A DNA stretch of 63,636 nt, filler included, from Bipalium vagum (Eukaryota), in assembly GCA_037834085.1 (NCBI GenBank). It is 3 parts of 3 records of this genome, joined end to end, with 100 filler letters (N's around TTAATTAATTAA, not from the genome) between each part and the next. Parts side by side here need not be neighbours in the genome. Positions count along the whole stretch, not along the records: positions 36,678 to 63,636 come from JBBMKC010114407.1; 2 more parts are not named here. One strand, written 5' to 3'. Position 1 is the first letter of the stretch, and each line of letters starts with the position of its first letter. A program made the position numbers and the translations under genes. Positions 36,864 through 49,354 of this stretch are shown here, piece by piece. Under the pieces are notes generated by a model. The model saw only the letters and a program-made list of their open reading frames with translations, made no database searches and had not been told where the DNA came from.

Positions 36864-39800
36864 ATGATCGATCATTATCATTTTCGTCAAGACGGATTAT
36901 TGTGTAAATTGAGATTCCCAGTAGAATCTCCGCGCTATCAGAGATCTCGATCGGGTAACGTGACCTATTTTTAAAAAGATATTTCAAAATTTTTTCTCAA
37001 AATAAAATAAATTATATCATTTATGGATTACTTTTTGTAAGATTATGTGAACTTCATATCTGTCGAATTCATATTACTATCGAATTATCTCTAATCCAAA
37101 ACTTTATATTTGTTATTTTAAAATGAAATATTTGTATTTATTTTTATTTTTCAAAGAAAATCCTGTCTGACTGATTAAATTTCTACGATTGCTCATTAAT
37201 AAAAAGAAATAATATGAAAATCTATTTTTTCATTAGAAATTGATTTAGTAATATTAATTATTATCTTAACTTAATTTCACTGAATCATTTCATTTTTAAT
37301 CACAATAGAAAATGATCGTTAAAGAAGATAGAAAAATGTTAATATTTCATTAAAATTAATTATTTAATATTTAATATTAATTATTTTTTAAGAATAATAA
37401 TATAATTCTTTATTTAAATATAATAAATAAAAATAAATAAAAATCATTAAAGTATAACATTTAATATTATTATTAATATACCAATATTTATAATTTAAAG
37501 TTTTTATATTTTTTTACTATTTATTTAATATTTCTAAAAATTTCATATTAGGATTATTAAAACCTTAAAGTCACATTTCATTTTTTATCTAAAAATGTTA
37601 AATGTTAAATTTAATTTCCATGTAGTTAGTAAAGGTAGAAATTTACTCTGATTAAAAAAACTACAATCATCAAAGAAATATAACAATAAACATTAAGTTA
37701 ATCATAAGAAATTTTAAGTCCTATCATTTATTAAATCTTTTTTTTACATAATTAATCAATTAATTAAAAAACAAATACATAATTTTATTAAAATAGAATT
37801 TATTGTCATTTCAAATTTCTTATTTATTTTTTCACTTTAAAATATTGCTTACAAAAATAAATTTTTGATTTTGTCTTCATTTAATATTATTACAATAAAG
37901 ATATTATTTTAATCAATAACATTATGTCCATTTTTTGAAAAATGAGTTTTTATTAATTTAAATTTTACTTAATGAAAAATGTGCATTTTTGATATTTTAG
38001 AATAAAATTTAAATAATGAATAAAAGTTTGGTCAATTAAGTATTTTAGGGCAAAATTCTTATTCTTTATAGAAGATTGTTAGATTTTTAACAAAAAAGAG
38101 AAAATTTTTTTGTGTAAGAAGTATGTTATTTCCAATAAGTATTTCCAAGTCTTTTTATCGATCAAAAATTATGTAATAATTTACTTACCAGCTGTTCACA
38201 ATTTTTCCAAAATATCGTTCACAAAAAATTTACTTACATGATAAAATGTATTCAGCCACATAATTAATGTTTATATTACGATTCACAAATAAAGAATAAA
38301 AGCAATTATTATAGCTTATGATATTTTCTAGAAATTCTAAGACAATTTTAGATATTTTTACACCAAAATTTCGGAGAGAAATATAAAATAATGATGAAAG
38401 TTTGAAAGTCATGAAGTATGCAAAACCCGAACATTAAAATAATATAGCAAATTTTAAATAAATAGAAATGTAAGCTTTTAAAGGAAAAAATCGGTACATG
38501 GACGAAAATTGATTGCATAATCAATATAAAAAATGTGTTTATGTATTAAATATTTATTAGCCTTCTTCTTATTTATTCTTTATTGTTTATACAAAATATG
38601 CTATTATATAATGGGTAATATTTCAAACGTGTGACAGTTTACTTTTATCCCAAGATAAACTAATGTTGAAAATTAGGCAAAATTGAAAAGGTATTATAAA
38701 AAATCGAGGAAAAGTTATCAATTCATTGGATCAAGATAAGATGGTGAATAGCGGATTGAATGTAGGAGGTCAAATGTTTTTTTCTAAATCTGATATTATG
38801 TTTTTGTTTCTGTTGCTTTAATGTTTGATATTAAGAATTTTTCTTATCGACCTCAGGATTTTAAAATTGAAAATGTTAATGAAGAATTTGATGTTGAAAA
38901 CACTTTCTAAAAAGACCTCTGTTTAAAAATTTACTAGTATTTTTGGTATATATTTAAAATGTATTTTGGAACAATTGTAAATTTCTCAACTTATTTAATT
39001 ATATAGAAGTGTTATCATGGTAATCTGATTTTATATTATCAGTCTCGAATTTCTTAGGAGTTAAAAGTGAAACATATTCGGAAATTTTTTAAATTCTAAA
39101 ATTATTTTTAGTTTACTTTTGTAATAAAGTATGGACCTTTAATTTTTAACATCAGCTGTAATTTTTTTCATATAAATATTTTGTAAGAAGACAACGGAAA
39201 ATAATTTTGAAGACTGCTCATTAAAAGTTATCAAAGAAAAAGAAAAATGATTGCTCCCATCATGACAGTTAAAATGTAGTATTATTTATCATCCATTGAT
39301 TGATTGTCAGACAGAATTTGAAGATTATAATTTACCGATTGGATTATTTTTTAATGGAAACAATTGTAATAGAGCGAGCACTTATATGAATTAAAATTGA
39401 TTTTCTAAATATTTGTTGTTGTTTATTGATGTATAATTGGACATATGGATCGATTTCATGTATTTGATTTCACTTTCATCACTCCTAAGCAAATAAAATT
39501 TCCCTTTTAATTTCAAGAGAATGAGTAAAATTAAAGGAAATCAGCAAGATCCTGAATATTAGAAGCGTCTCTGTCATGTTTTGGTTTTCGATATTATAAT
39601 TACTTTGATAAAATTGTCACTGTTTTTAGGATTGGTAAAATAACTTCCCTTCAATTTCTCTTAATTAAATTACTGTCAAAATATTTATGCACGCACGAAT
39701 TTTCTATTTTCTTCATTTTGTTTGACTGATATGATATATAGATAAAATTAAACAGGTCTTTTGGTTACAATTATTTTCAATCTCGGTGATAATTATCTTT

Positions 39801-42800
39801 CGAGCCCATGATTAAACATATATTGAATTTAATGTTCTGTTTAAAATTATTATTTATTTATCTTCTTATTCTTTTAAATTCTGAATAACAAGTTATTATA
39901 ACAATTATTTCAATAAAATTAGTTTGAAGAAATTTAATTATTTCTTATTAATAATTATAATAATGCAAGACTTTTGTTTTCCGTATATATAAAACATTCT
40001 TTGAAATAAGAATTATAAAGATAATAATAAAATGTAGTCTTGTATATTTGATCAATGGTGGGATTTCTTTAAATAGTTTAAACATATAATAAGTAAGTCA
40101 ATAAATTCTAAACATATTTCACTGTAATTAACATATTGACAGCTCTGAAGTAATTTAACATTAAATAATTACCTGATCTAATTAAAACAAAATTAAATTA
40201 GTAAAACAAAATTTCTAAAATGGTATCCATTTAAGAGAAGTGAAGTCATTATTTCAAAAATATTTCAGAACATAAGCGAATTTTCGGTTAACATAGTTTT
40301 CATAGTATATTTATTAGGAATTTTAGCAATTTTTTTCCGTAAAAACATTTGTTATGTCCTTTTTTCGTCGTGAATGATTTTTTCTGTTTACTTAACGAAA
40401 TTATTTCAAAATTCTGCTTTTCAGTTTATCCATGGTTTGCTTTGCTATGTACGCACAGGCATTGTCATGTAATAGAATTTGGCCTTTTTTCTTGACAACT
40501 TTTCTTGCATAATATCAATTTATAGGCAGTATTTCTGTGCTGTTATCATTTCTCTCATTTCCAGGTAATCGTAATGAGTCAAATAATACCGTAACCATTA
40601 TTTTTTTCGTGTTGACTCGGTTTTGTGAAGGACTTGGAACATTCGCAGATGTCTAACCACTGTGCTCAACGTTTAATATTGTTTTATAACAACCATTTTT
40701 CATTACAAGTAATCAGACGATGAAGAAAATGAGCTCTGAGCATATTTAGTTTTTCATGCTTAGCTCATGTGGCACCCACGTGCCCAGTTTCTTTGTCTTA
40801 CCTATTTACTATTTTTATATATTTGCTTTATATGACTGAAACGGTTCCAATACTGACATCTAGACTTTTGGAAAGTTTTATTATTATTCGCGAATTCTCT
40901 TCCACAAGAGCCTTTAAATCCTTGTCATCAAGTTTGGAAGGATGGTCAATTTGTTCTACATCTTCAAGGAATAATTCTCCATTACGGAAATTCTGGTACC
41001 AAAGTCCTAGTGTTGACTAATTAATGTACCATAGTCCCAAACTTCGTTGAATTTTCTTTTTTGAAAGGAGTCGAGTACTCAATAAATGTGGCGCAAATCG
41101 CGACACAACACTCACGGTAAAATGGGAAAAAGGTAGTCAAATTTTGAGTTAAAAGCGAAAAAGATTAATACTTTAAAGAGTAATATATAGGCTTTTAAAT
41201 GCTAAATAATATTACAAAATCTTTTAAATAAGTTATTTACAATTTTACATATACTTCACCATAACTCATGGAATATAATGTGAAAAATTCATTTAAATTT
41301 TTAAATAATCACGGATTATATTGAACGATTAGAATTTAATTTTCTTTTCTCTCCAGGAGCCAATTCTATCAATTCCAGATCAATGAGTGGAGCTTCGGTT
41401 TGATATTTAATAAAATTAAATGAACAATTAATAATTATGAAATTAATTTCAAATAAAGACTCCAAGTAGCCTTCCATTGGCCGGTGAGAAGTCCACTCCA
41501 CCACAACTGCGTAGTATAAAACAACCTCAAGCATTTAATCAAAATGTCGGTCAGTTACCAACATTTTCATCTGAGAGTTCCAGTGAATCTAGTGGACCTG
41601 GAAGTCGAGTTTCTAATAATCCTTGGGGAATACCTGGTCCAGAATCAGCAACACCTTCAGATTTGATCTCATTTTCAGACTGGTCAAACTTATCGTCTTT
41701 AATGAACAATACTGTGAGTTTTTTGGTTATCGCAGACATGTATTAGTTTTATATTAATTTTTAATCTAATCAAATTACAGTTTTAGGTTGATCTCTGTCG
41801 AACTTATTTTAAAAATGCCTTCAATCTTTGTCATTCCATCTTAAATTAATTATTTATATTAATAATAAAATAATTATTATGGCCAATCAAAAATCTTTTA
41901 GTATAAAATAATCATATCTTCATTTTACGCACAATAATAGATGTTATAGGCATCATAATGTTTTTGATCTTGTGTGTTCTTAATATTATTAAATATTAAT
42001 GTACAAAGCCCAGACTTCAATCCAATTGAGAATTTCTGGATGAAAATCAAACGCAAAGTTTCAACCGAAAAGCCATCGACACTAACCTATTTGACGGAGG
42101 TTATTCAGCAAGTCTGGAAAAGCGAAAACTTTCTTGCAAATTGTCCTTCTTTGTCTGATAGCATGCCTAGCAGGATCCAGGAAGTTCTGAAAAATCAGGG
42201 ACATCATTCAAAATATTGATCTGTGCTTGTTTTGTACATATCTTTGTTTGTATATATGAAAAATGAAAAAATTGAATAGAAATATATTAATAATATCTTA
42301 TTTTTTGCCTTTCAATAAAATATGCTAAACTTTTGGCGGCAACTGTAAAATGTAAATGATGGAGAAACAGAGAAAATTGAGTTAAAATAACAAATAATGA
42401 TCAAATTTAAGTGACTATATATTTTTTATTTCAGCAAAATGTCATAACACCATTGAACATTATTGCTACCAATAATATTTTCATGACAACATCGTCAGCA
42501 AATGTTTCGAGTGCATCAAATTCCACTCATTTACCTGTCTTTCACAATCAATTGATTTCCAATGTTGCGCCTCTCAACATTCACCAAGATAAAATAACTG
42601 AATCAAATTGCAGTTTTTCAACTGGTTTTACACCGACACCGACTCCAGGAAACTGTATGATCTCAACAAACCCGAGTTTTAATCCCCTCCAAAACCCTTT
42701 GTCAATTAAAGTCAATCAGTCATCAGAATCTTTTGAGCAACTCTCCGTTTTATCATTTGGTAAATCTACGGGTAATAATCCAAGTCCTAAAGTGGTGACA

Positions 42801-45800
42801 TCTTATCAGCCTAAATCTTCAACTGATCAAAGTTTAAATCAACCGTCTATCATGGATGATCAATGGGAAGAACCAGATTTAGGTAAAAGTTCATTATTAT
42901 TATGTATTAATTAATCTTTTTATTATTAATTATTAGGTACTAGGAAAAGTTATAACGCATTTTTTATAATCTATAAAAAAATATTTTTCTACAAATGAAT
43001 ACCAATCTTTTCCCCATCTTTTACTGAGCTTTAAAATTTATTATTATTAAATATAGTATTAAGGAAATAAAGAAAAACAAAATTATCTAAAATTTAAAAT
43101 AAAAAAAATTTGAAAAGAATAACAATGGAAAAGTTAAAATAGATATTCAATTTTCTTTCAATATCTTTTGTCTGAAAGATAAATTTATTAATAATATATG
43201 TTGGTTCTTCAATATTGAAAATGGAATTGACAGCTGTTGGTAGCTATAAAATATAAAAGGATGGTCTTGATGAAATGTAATATAGGAACAAACGGAAAGA
43301 ACCAACTTTTAAGTAAACATTTAGAGGTGATAATATGTGGTACAATTTTCCTTTAATGATACAACTCCCTAGTTTTTATAAACAAGAGTAGGAATGCAAA
43401 ATATTTTCAAGAATGTCAGATATTCTGAAAGAGAGAGTGCAGGCGAAAAACACTTCGAAATCTAGTACGCTCAATGAAAATATTTAGTCGTCTTTAAAAA
43501 ATGGAAACATTCATTTCTTTTAAAATTGTAATTATTGTCTCAATTTTTAATTTTTCATGTTTCAAAATGTTGTTTAATTTTTCATTCTATCAATTTTCAC
43601 TCAATTTACTTACTTCCAAGAAATTTGATCAAAAACGGAGAGGTTCGATAAATAATTAATTGACGTATTGAATAATTTTCATTTGAATGACACACTTTTA
43701 ATATGTTCTGAAAGAGGGGGATGTATAACCATTGATATTTTCCGATCAATTAATCAATGTGGCTGATTAAATGGTCAGAAACGAATTTCAATTTAATTCA
43801 AAATAATCGATCATTTTATAGAATTGACAAAATTGAGGTATATTATTTATTTATATTTATTTATTATTACTTTATATTATTATTTTTTAAAAAATTTTAT
43901 TTAGAGAAAATTATAAATAAATAACTTTAAAATTTTGTATTGATTTTCAATATGATCAAATTTTAATTTTTAAAATTAATTGTGATTACCTGTTAAAAAA
44001 TTATCAATTGCGAATAAATCCACCCTTTCTGGCTGTTATTCTACACATTGTTTCTGAACAAGAATTCATTATAATAATAAATGTCTAATAGAAAATCTTA
44101 ATTATTTTATTATTGATTGAATCCAACTATTTCTCTGATCTTTTTCCGGATCTATATAAGAAATAAAAGAATACCATTATAGGTTTTTACAGTTATATCT
44201 TAGAAATAACTAAAATAAATGATGTTTTTACAAAACGAGTACCAATTATAATGTAAAAAAAGTAAAAAAATGTTTTTCGTGAAATATTTTTGGTGTGATC
44301 TGTGTTTGATTACTATGATAAATTTGACAGTAGTTTAGTGTAGATTTTATATTCATTAATCAAATTAAAATATTTGCTTAGAAAGCACTGACAATTTATG
44401 GGGATGTGGTTTTCCATATATCAAAGTTAGATTTTTAAAAAATTAGAGTTAACGTTACATAAAAATCTAATTTTAATACATGTTTTTAAGAAAAGTAAAG
44501 TGGAATTTAAAAAAATGATATTTTCTCTAAAGTTTAAACTTTGTTAAGAAAGAAAGTGATAGGCTTCTATAACGAAATTTAAAGTTTTGTTTTTATTGAA
44601 ATAAATTGTTTTTATTAGATCAATAGAAATCTGATATCACGATCATTAATTTTCTATTAAAAGTTTGAAAATAAGTAAACAAAATCTATATTTTAATTGA
44701 ATCGATTAATTAGGGCATGTATTGATTAGTATTTATGTGACAATTTGTTTTTACTGGATTTATAAATTAATATTTTGATGTGCAGTCAAAAACGACAGAC
44801 TTCTACAGATGGCGGCTGTCATCTCTATTACTAAATTTTTCAAATGAAAATTGTCTATTTTTATGTCAGTTTTACAGTCCTGTGTACAGATAATCAGAAA
44901 TCGGTCGACAGACTTCTTTTCGTTTTCAGTCGTTTGATATCTGTTAATTGAACAAATTAAATCGTAGTCCCACTGTGTGATTACCTGTTAAAAAATGATC
45001 AATTGCGAATAAATCCCCCCTTTCTGGCTGTTATTCTACGCATTGAATCATTGATCTGACAGTAGATTTTAAGTCTATTCTTGCTTATTTATTTGGATTT
45101 TCTTATAAATCAATATTTACGAAGATATGCAATTTTATTGAAGCTACCAATTCAATTCGTATTTTGTAAATTTGTTCTTTATTCTTATTATTATTATATT
45201 ACATCATATTTTTTGACAATTTTTAAATGAGAAAAATATAATTATGCTGAATTATGAAATTTCATAGTAGATGATATTATTATTATTATTATTTTACCTT
45301 ACTTATTTTAAACATTTACTAAGTAGGTATCGATGTTTTTTGTTTCTAGAAAATATTGATTTATCATTCCAAAATACAAGTATATTGGTGATAGTATCTG
45401 ACATATTAATTATTCGTTCCCGTCTTTGCAACAAATATTATCATGTTTCGTGTCAGTAATCATTGAATATGATTATCCAAACCAAGTTCATATAAATTTA
45501 ATCAGAACACAATTTTCATTGTCAGTAGTTCAATGTTATCTCATTTATAATTTATCCGATATTCATCGTGCAAATATATTTTTAGCATTTAAATAATTAA
45601 ATTTAATTAATAAATTTTGATATTTTTAGTTTAGGATTACCTTGCTTTAAAATTATTTGATATAGAATAAAAATGAAAAATTAATAATGTTTTTAATAAT
45701 AATAATAAATAAATTATTATAAATAATTATTATTATAATTAATAATTAAATTATTATTATTGTAAAATATTGAATTTAATTTTACTTGTATGTTATTATA

Positions 45801-48800
45801 ACATAACATTCTAACTGAGGAAGCAAGATATCTTATTTATGAACTCGTTAAATAAATTAAATATGACAATAATATAATATTTCATTGGATAATAATTTTT
45901 TAATTTAACGAATTTTTCAAAATAAATATTAATTAAATCGTAGTATTCAATTTTATGTATATTTATGATTTTGTTTATTATTGATTGAAACTGTGATGGT
46001 GTGAGATATCCATGTATTGAATTTTACGATCTGTATTCGTGAGAAATTTTCATTTAAGGGAAAACATTTCGATGTTGAAAATTTTAACCTTTTCATTTTT
46101 TTAATTCACATATCCGCAGTCTAGTCATTTCATAATAATTCTAGATTTATTTTCTGTCTTTTTACTCTATATTTTCATAGTAAGACAATGTTGTTATTCT
46201 TTTAGATGGCTCTGGTCATCATGGCATTAATATGAAGATAGATTTATCTACTGTCAGTCCCCAGTCACGGCCATTGAAACCACATTCCAATAGTTGTCAC
46301 TTTATGGGTGATTTATTCTCAGAAGCCACTCAAGTGGTGTATGATTCCCTTCCAGTTGATGATGACACTTTTAATTTCCATCCTTCACAAATAAGCATAA
46401 AAGAAAAATTAGGTTTGAATGTTATTGATTTTAATCATTTTTGAAAAAATTCTCTTCATTGTTCATTGATGTAAAATTTTATAGGAGGTGGAAATTTTGG
46501 ACATGTTTTTGGTGGAATATATAGACCTTCTGATGGTAAAAAGGAAGTGCCTGTAGCTATTAAAATGTTGAAACAAGATCAAATATCTAATGTCAATGAA
46601 GTAATTACACAAAATTATTGCATCTGATTTCAGACTTTTCAGGAGGACATAATGGCGGAAGCCCGTGTTATGGCTCAATTAAAGCACCGACATATTGTAA
46701 GACTAATCGGTATGATTTTGGTTTTTTTATTTTTCATTGTGTAAATTAATAATATTAATAAATTAAATAATAATCAAATATTTTTAATGAATAATCTTCA
46801 CTTTCTCTTTAAAATATTCAATAAATTTTCATTTTAATTTTAAATAAATAAAAATGAATTAATGTAAAATTTATAATATATAAATATGACAATTTATCAC
46901 TTATATTTATCAAAAATATAAAATTTTTAAATATTGGTTTAAGCTATTTAATAATACCCAAACTGAAATTTATAAGATAATAATTAGTTTTGATTTCTGT
47001 ATTATTTCAAGGGTTATGGTCCATTAAATCAGAAAAATATAGAAAATTAATGTTTTCCAAAAAATATTTTTCATCCAGTCGAATAATAACAATATATATA
47101 TTTAAAAATAATTTTTTTAGACTTCTAATTTTCGTAAAAAATATACAATAAAGTACTTTTTAAGTTACTGATTATAATAAAATCGAACCAATCTAATACT
47201 GGGAACCAATTCTTAAAAAAATATTTATAAAGTTAATAATAAATTGTGTTAACCTATGAGACTACTATTAATATTAGAAATGATGATGAAAAATGTTTTA
47301 TAAATTCTCCTAGATATTTTGACATTGTAAAAAGCTTTCATGTCGTCTTGATCTTAGTCAATCAATATCTTTTGTCAATTTTTATATATTATTCTACGGT
47401 AACCTTTTCATAATAAATCAATATAAAATATAATGATATAATAATTAAGTAATAAATATAAAAATATAAATCAATATTTTTTATAACAAAGCGATTTAAT
47501 TATGTTAAAAATGATAAATTTCAATCTGATGAAATTAAAAGAAATAATTATCAATTCAATTGTCTAATTATAGTTCGTCCATAATTCTGCCTTGCAGGAT
47601 AACAAAAATAATGCTTATAGTCCGCCCACGTTAGCAAAAAATGATAATACTTTTTCATTATATTTTAAATAAAAAATATACATATATGTGTATATTAAAG
47701 AAAATTTTTTTGATTATGATATTTAATTTTAATATATTTCCTTTTTCTAATTTGATTCCGTGAAATCGAATTGACTAAGATAATTTTTATAAATCATTAT
47801 TATTATTGTATGTATTTTTAAATATTCTTTTCTTTCATTATTTTTAATTTTACTTAAAAAAGTAAAAATGTAAAAATTAGAAATTTCCATATATTTCTAT
47901 CTACTTGGATTTTGTAATAGAATGTTAAGGGGACATTTTAATATTAAATTTATAAACCAATTTTTCTTAAAACATGTGTAATTATGAATATTTTTTTTCA
48001 AAGCACATAATATTTAACGATGTTTTATTATAAAAAAAGAAATAAAATATCGTGACATTTATAGTGAAATTCTAATTTATCATTGATTATTTCAATATTA
48101 AATTTAATTTAAATAACATGTTTGATAAGATCTCTTCAAAGTAGTGCTAAGAAATAATTTAAAATTTTTCAATAATAGTTACGAACTTTCAATATCATTA
48201 TTTGCTACAGAAATGTTGTCACGAAAGGTATGGATTAAAATAAAAAATCTTTTTATTATTTTATTAATATAAGAAATTCAATTATTGCATATATCATGAA
48301 TCTGATTTTTATATTCTGTTTGATTATTCTAAATTCTAATAATTTTTTCTATGAAATAAAGGCAGGCGTGATTCTAATTTTGTGCAATCATTGAATTTAA
48401 ATATTACTATTTGTCAATGAAACGAGGATAGATTATTTGGGATTTACGTTTTCCAGACTTGAATTGCTATCACATCAAATCTTTGAGTAAACGGTCTGTT
48501 TAGGGAAGATCGATTGTTTATAAAATAATAGGAATTAGGCATTGGATAACATTTTAAGAATTTTTTAATAATGTCTTATATTATGACTTAAAAACTATTT
48601 TCAATCAATTGCATGCAAAAATGAATTTTATTTCTTAATATTCATTATTATTCGGTAAGACATAAATTTTGTTTAATTTATTATAAAAAAGACATTAAAC
48701 TAAGTACTCTTTGGACCTAAATATCGAAAAACTTCGTATATTCCTTTCTGTTATAAAGGAGTACTAAAATATGGTAATTTTAGATAAACGTTTAATTGAT

Positions 48801-49288
48801 TAAATAAAATAAATTTAAGACCATTTACAGGTCTTATAATAACTGAAAAAAAATTTATCAAGCGATAGCACTGAAGCCAAATATCTTTTTAATACAAAAA
48901 AACTATTCGTTAATTTTCTTTGCAGGCATATGTCGGGATCGTCAAGTCATGTTAATTCTGGAATTGGCTCCTTTGGGGCCCATTAATAAATATTTGAGGA
49001 AAAACCCGTTAGAATACCTACTATAATTGGGTAAAATTTTTAAGAGGAAAATTTTTAAGGGAGATGAATTCCATTATCATGACTGAACTGATGTATCAGG
49101 TGGCCTTGGGAATGGCATATTTAGAAGCATCTAAATTCGTTCATCGAGATCTTGCTGCTAGAAATGTGTTGCTAGTCAGTGATAAGTATGCTAAGATCAG
49201 TGATTTCGGAATGAGCAAGGCTTTAAAGTTTGGAAATGATTATTACAGGGTAAGCTTTAACTTATTAGTCAATTAAAATAAATATTAT

Positions 49289-49354
<66 letters not shown>

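Noticed and set aside
36864-36866. ATG as the SYK start codon
   Set aside because: It follows a strong acceptor (TTTCATTTCAG) and lies within an SH2 domain, so upstream exons are off-contig.
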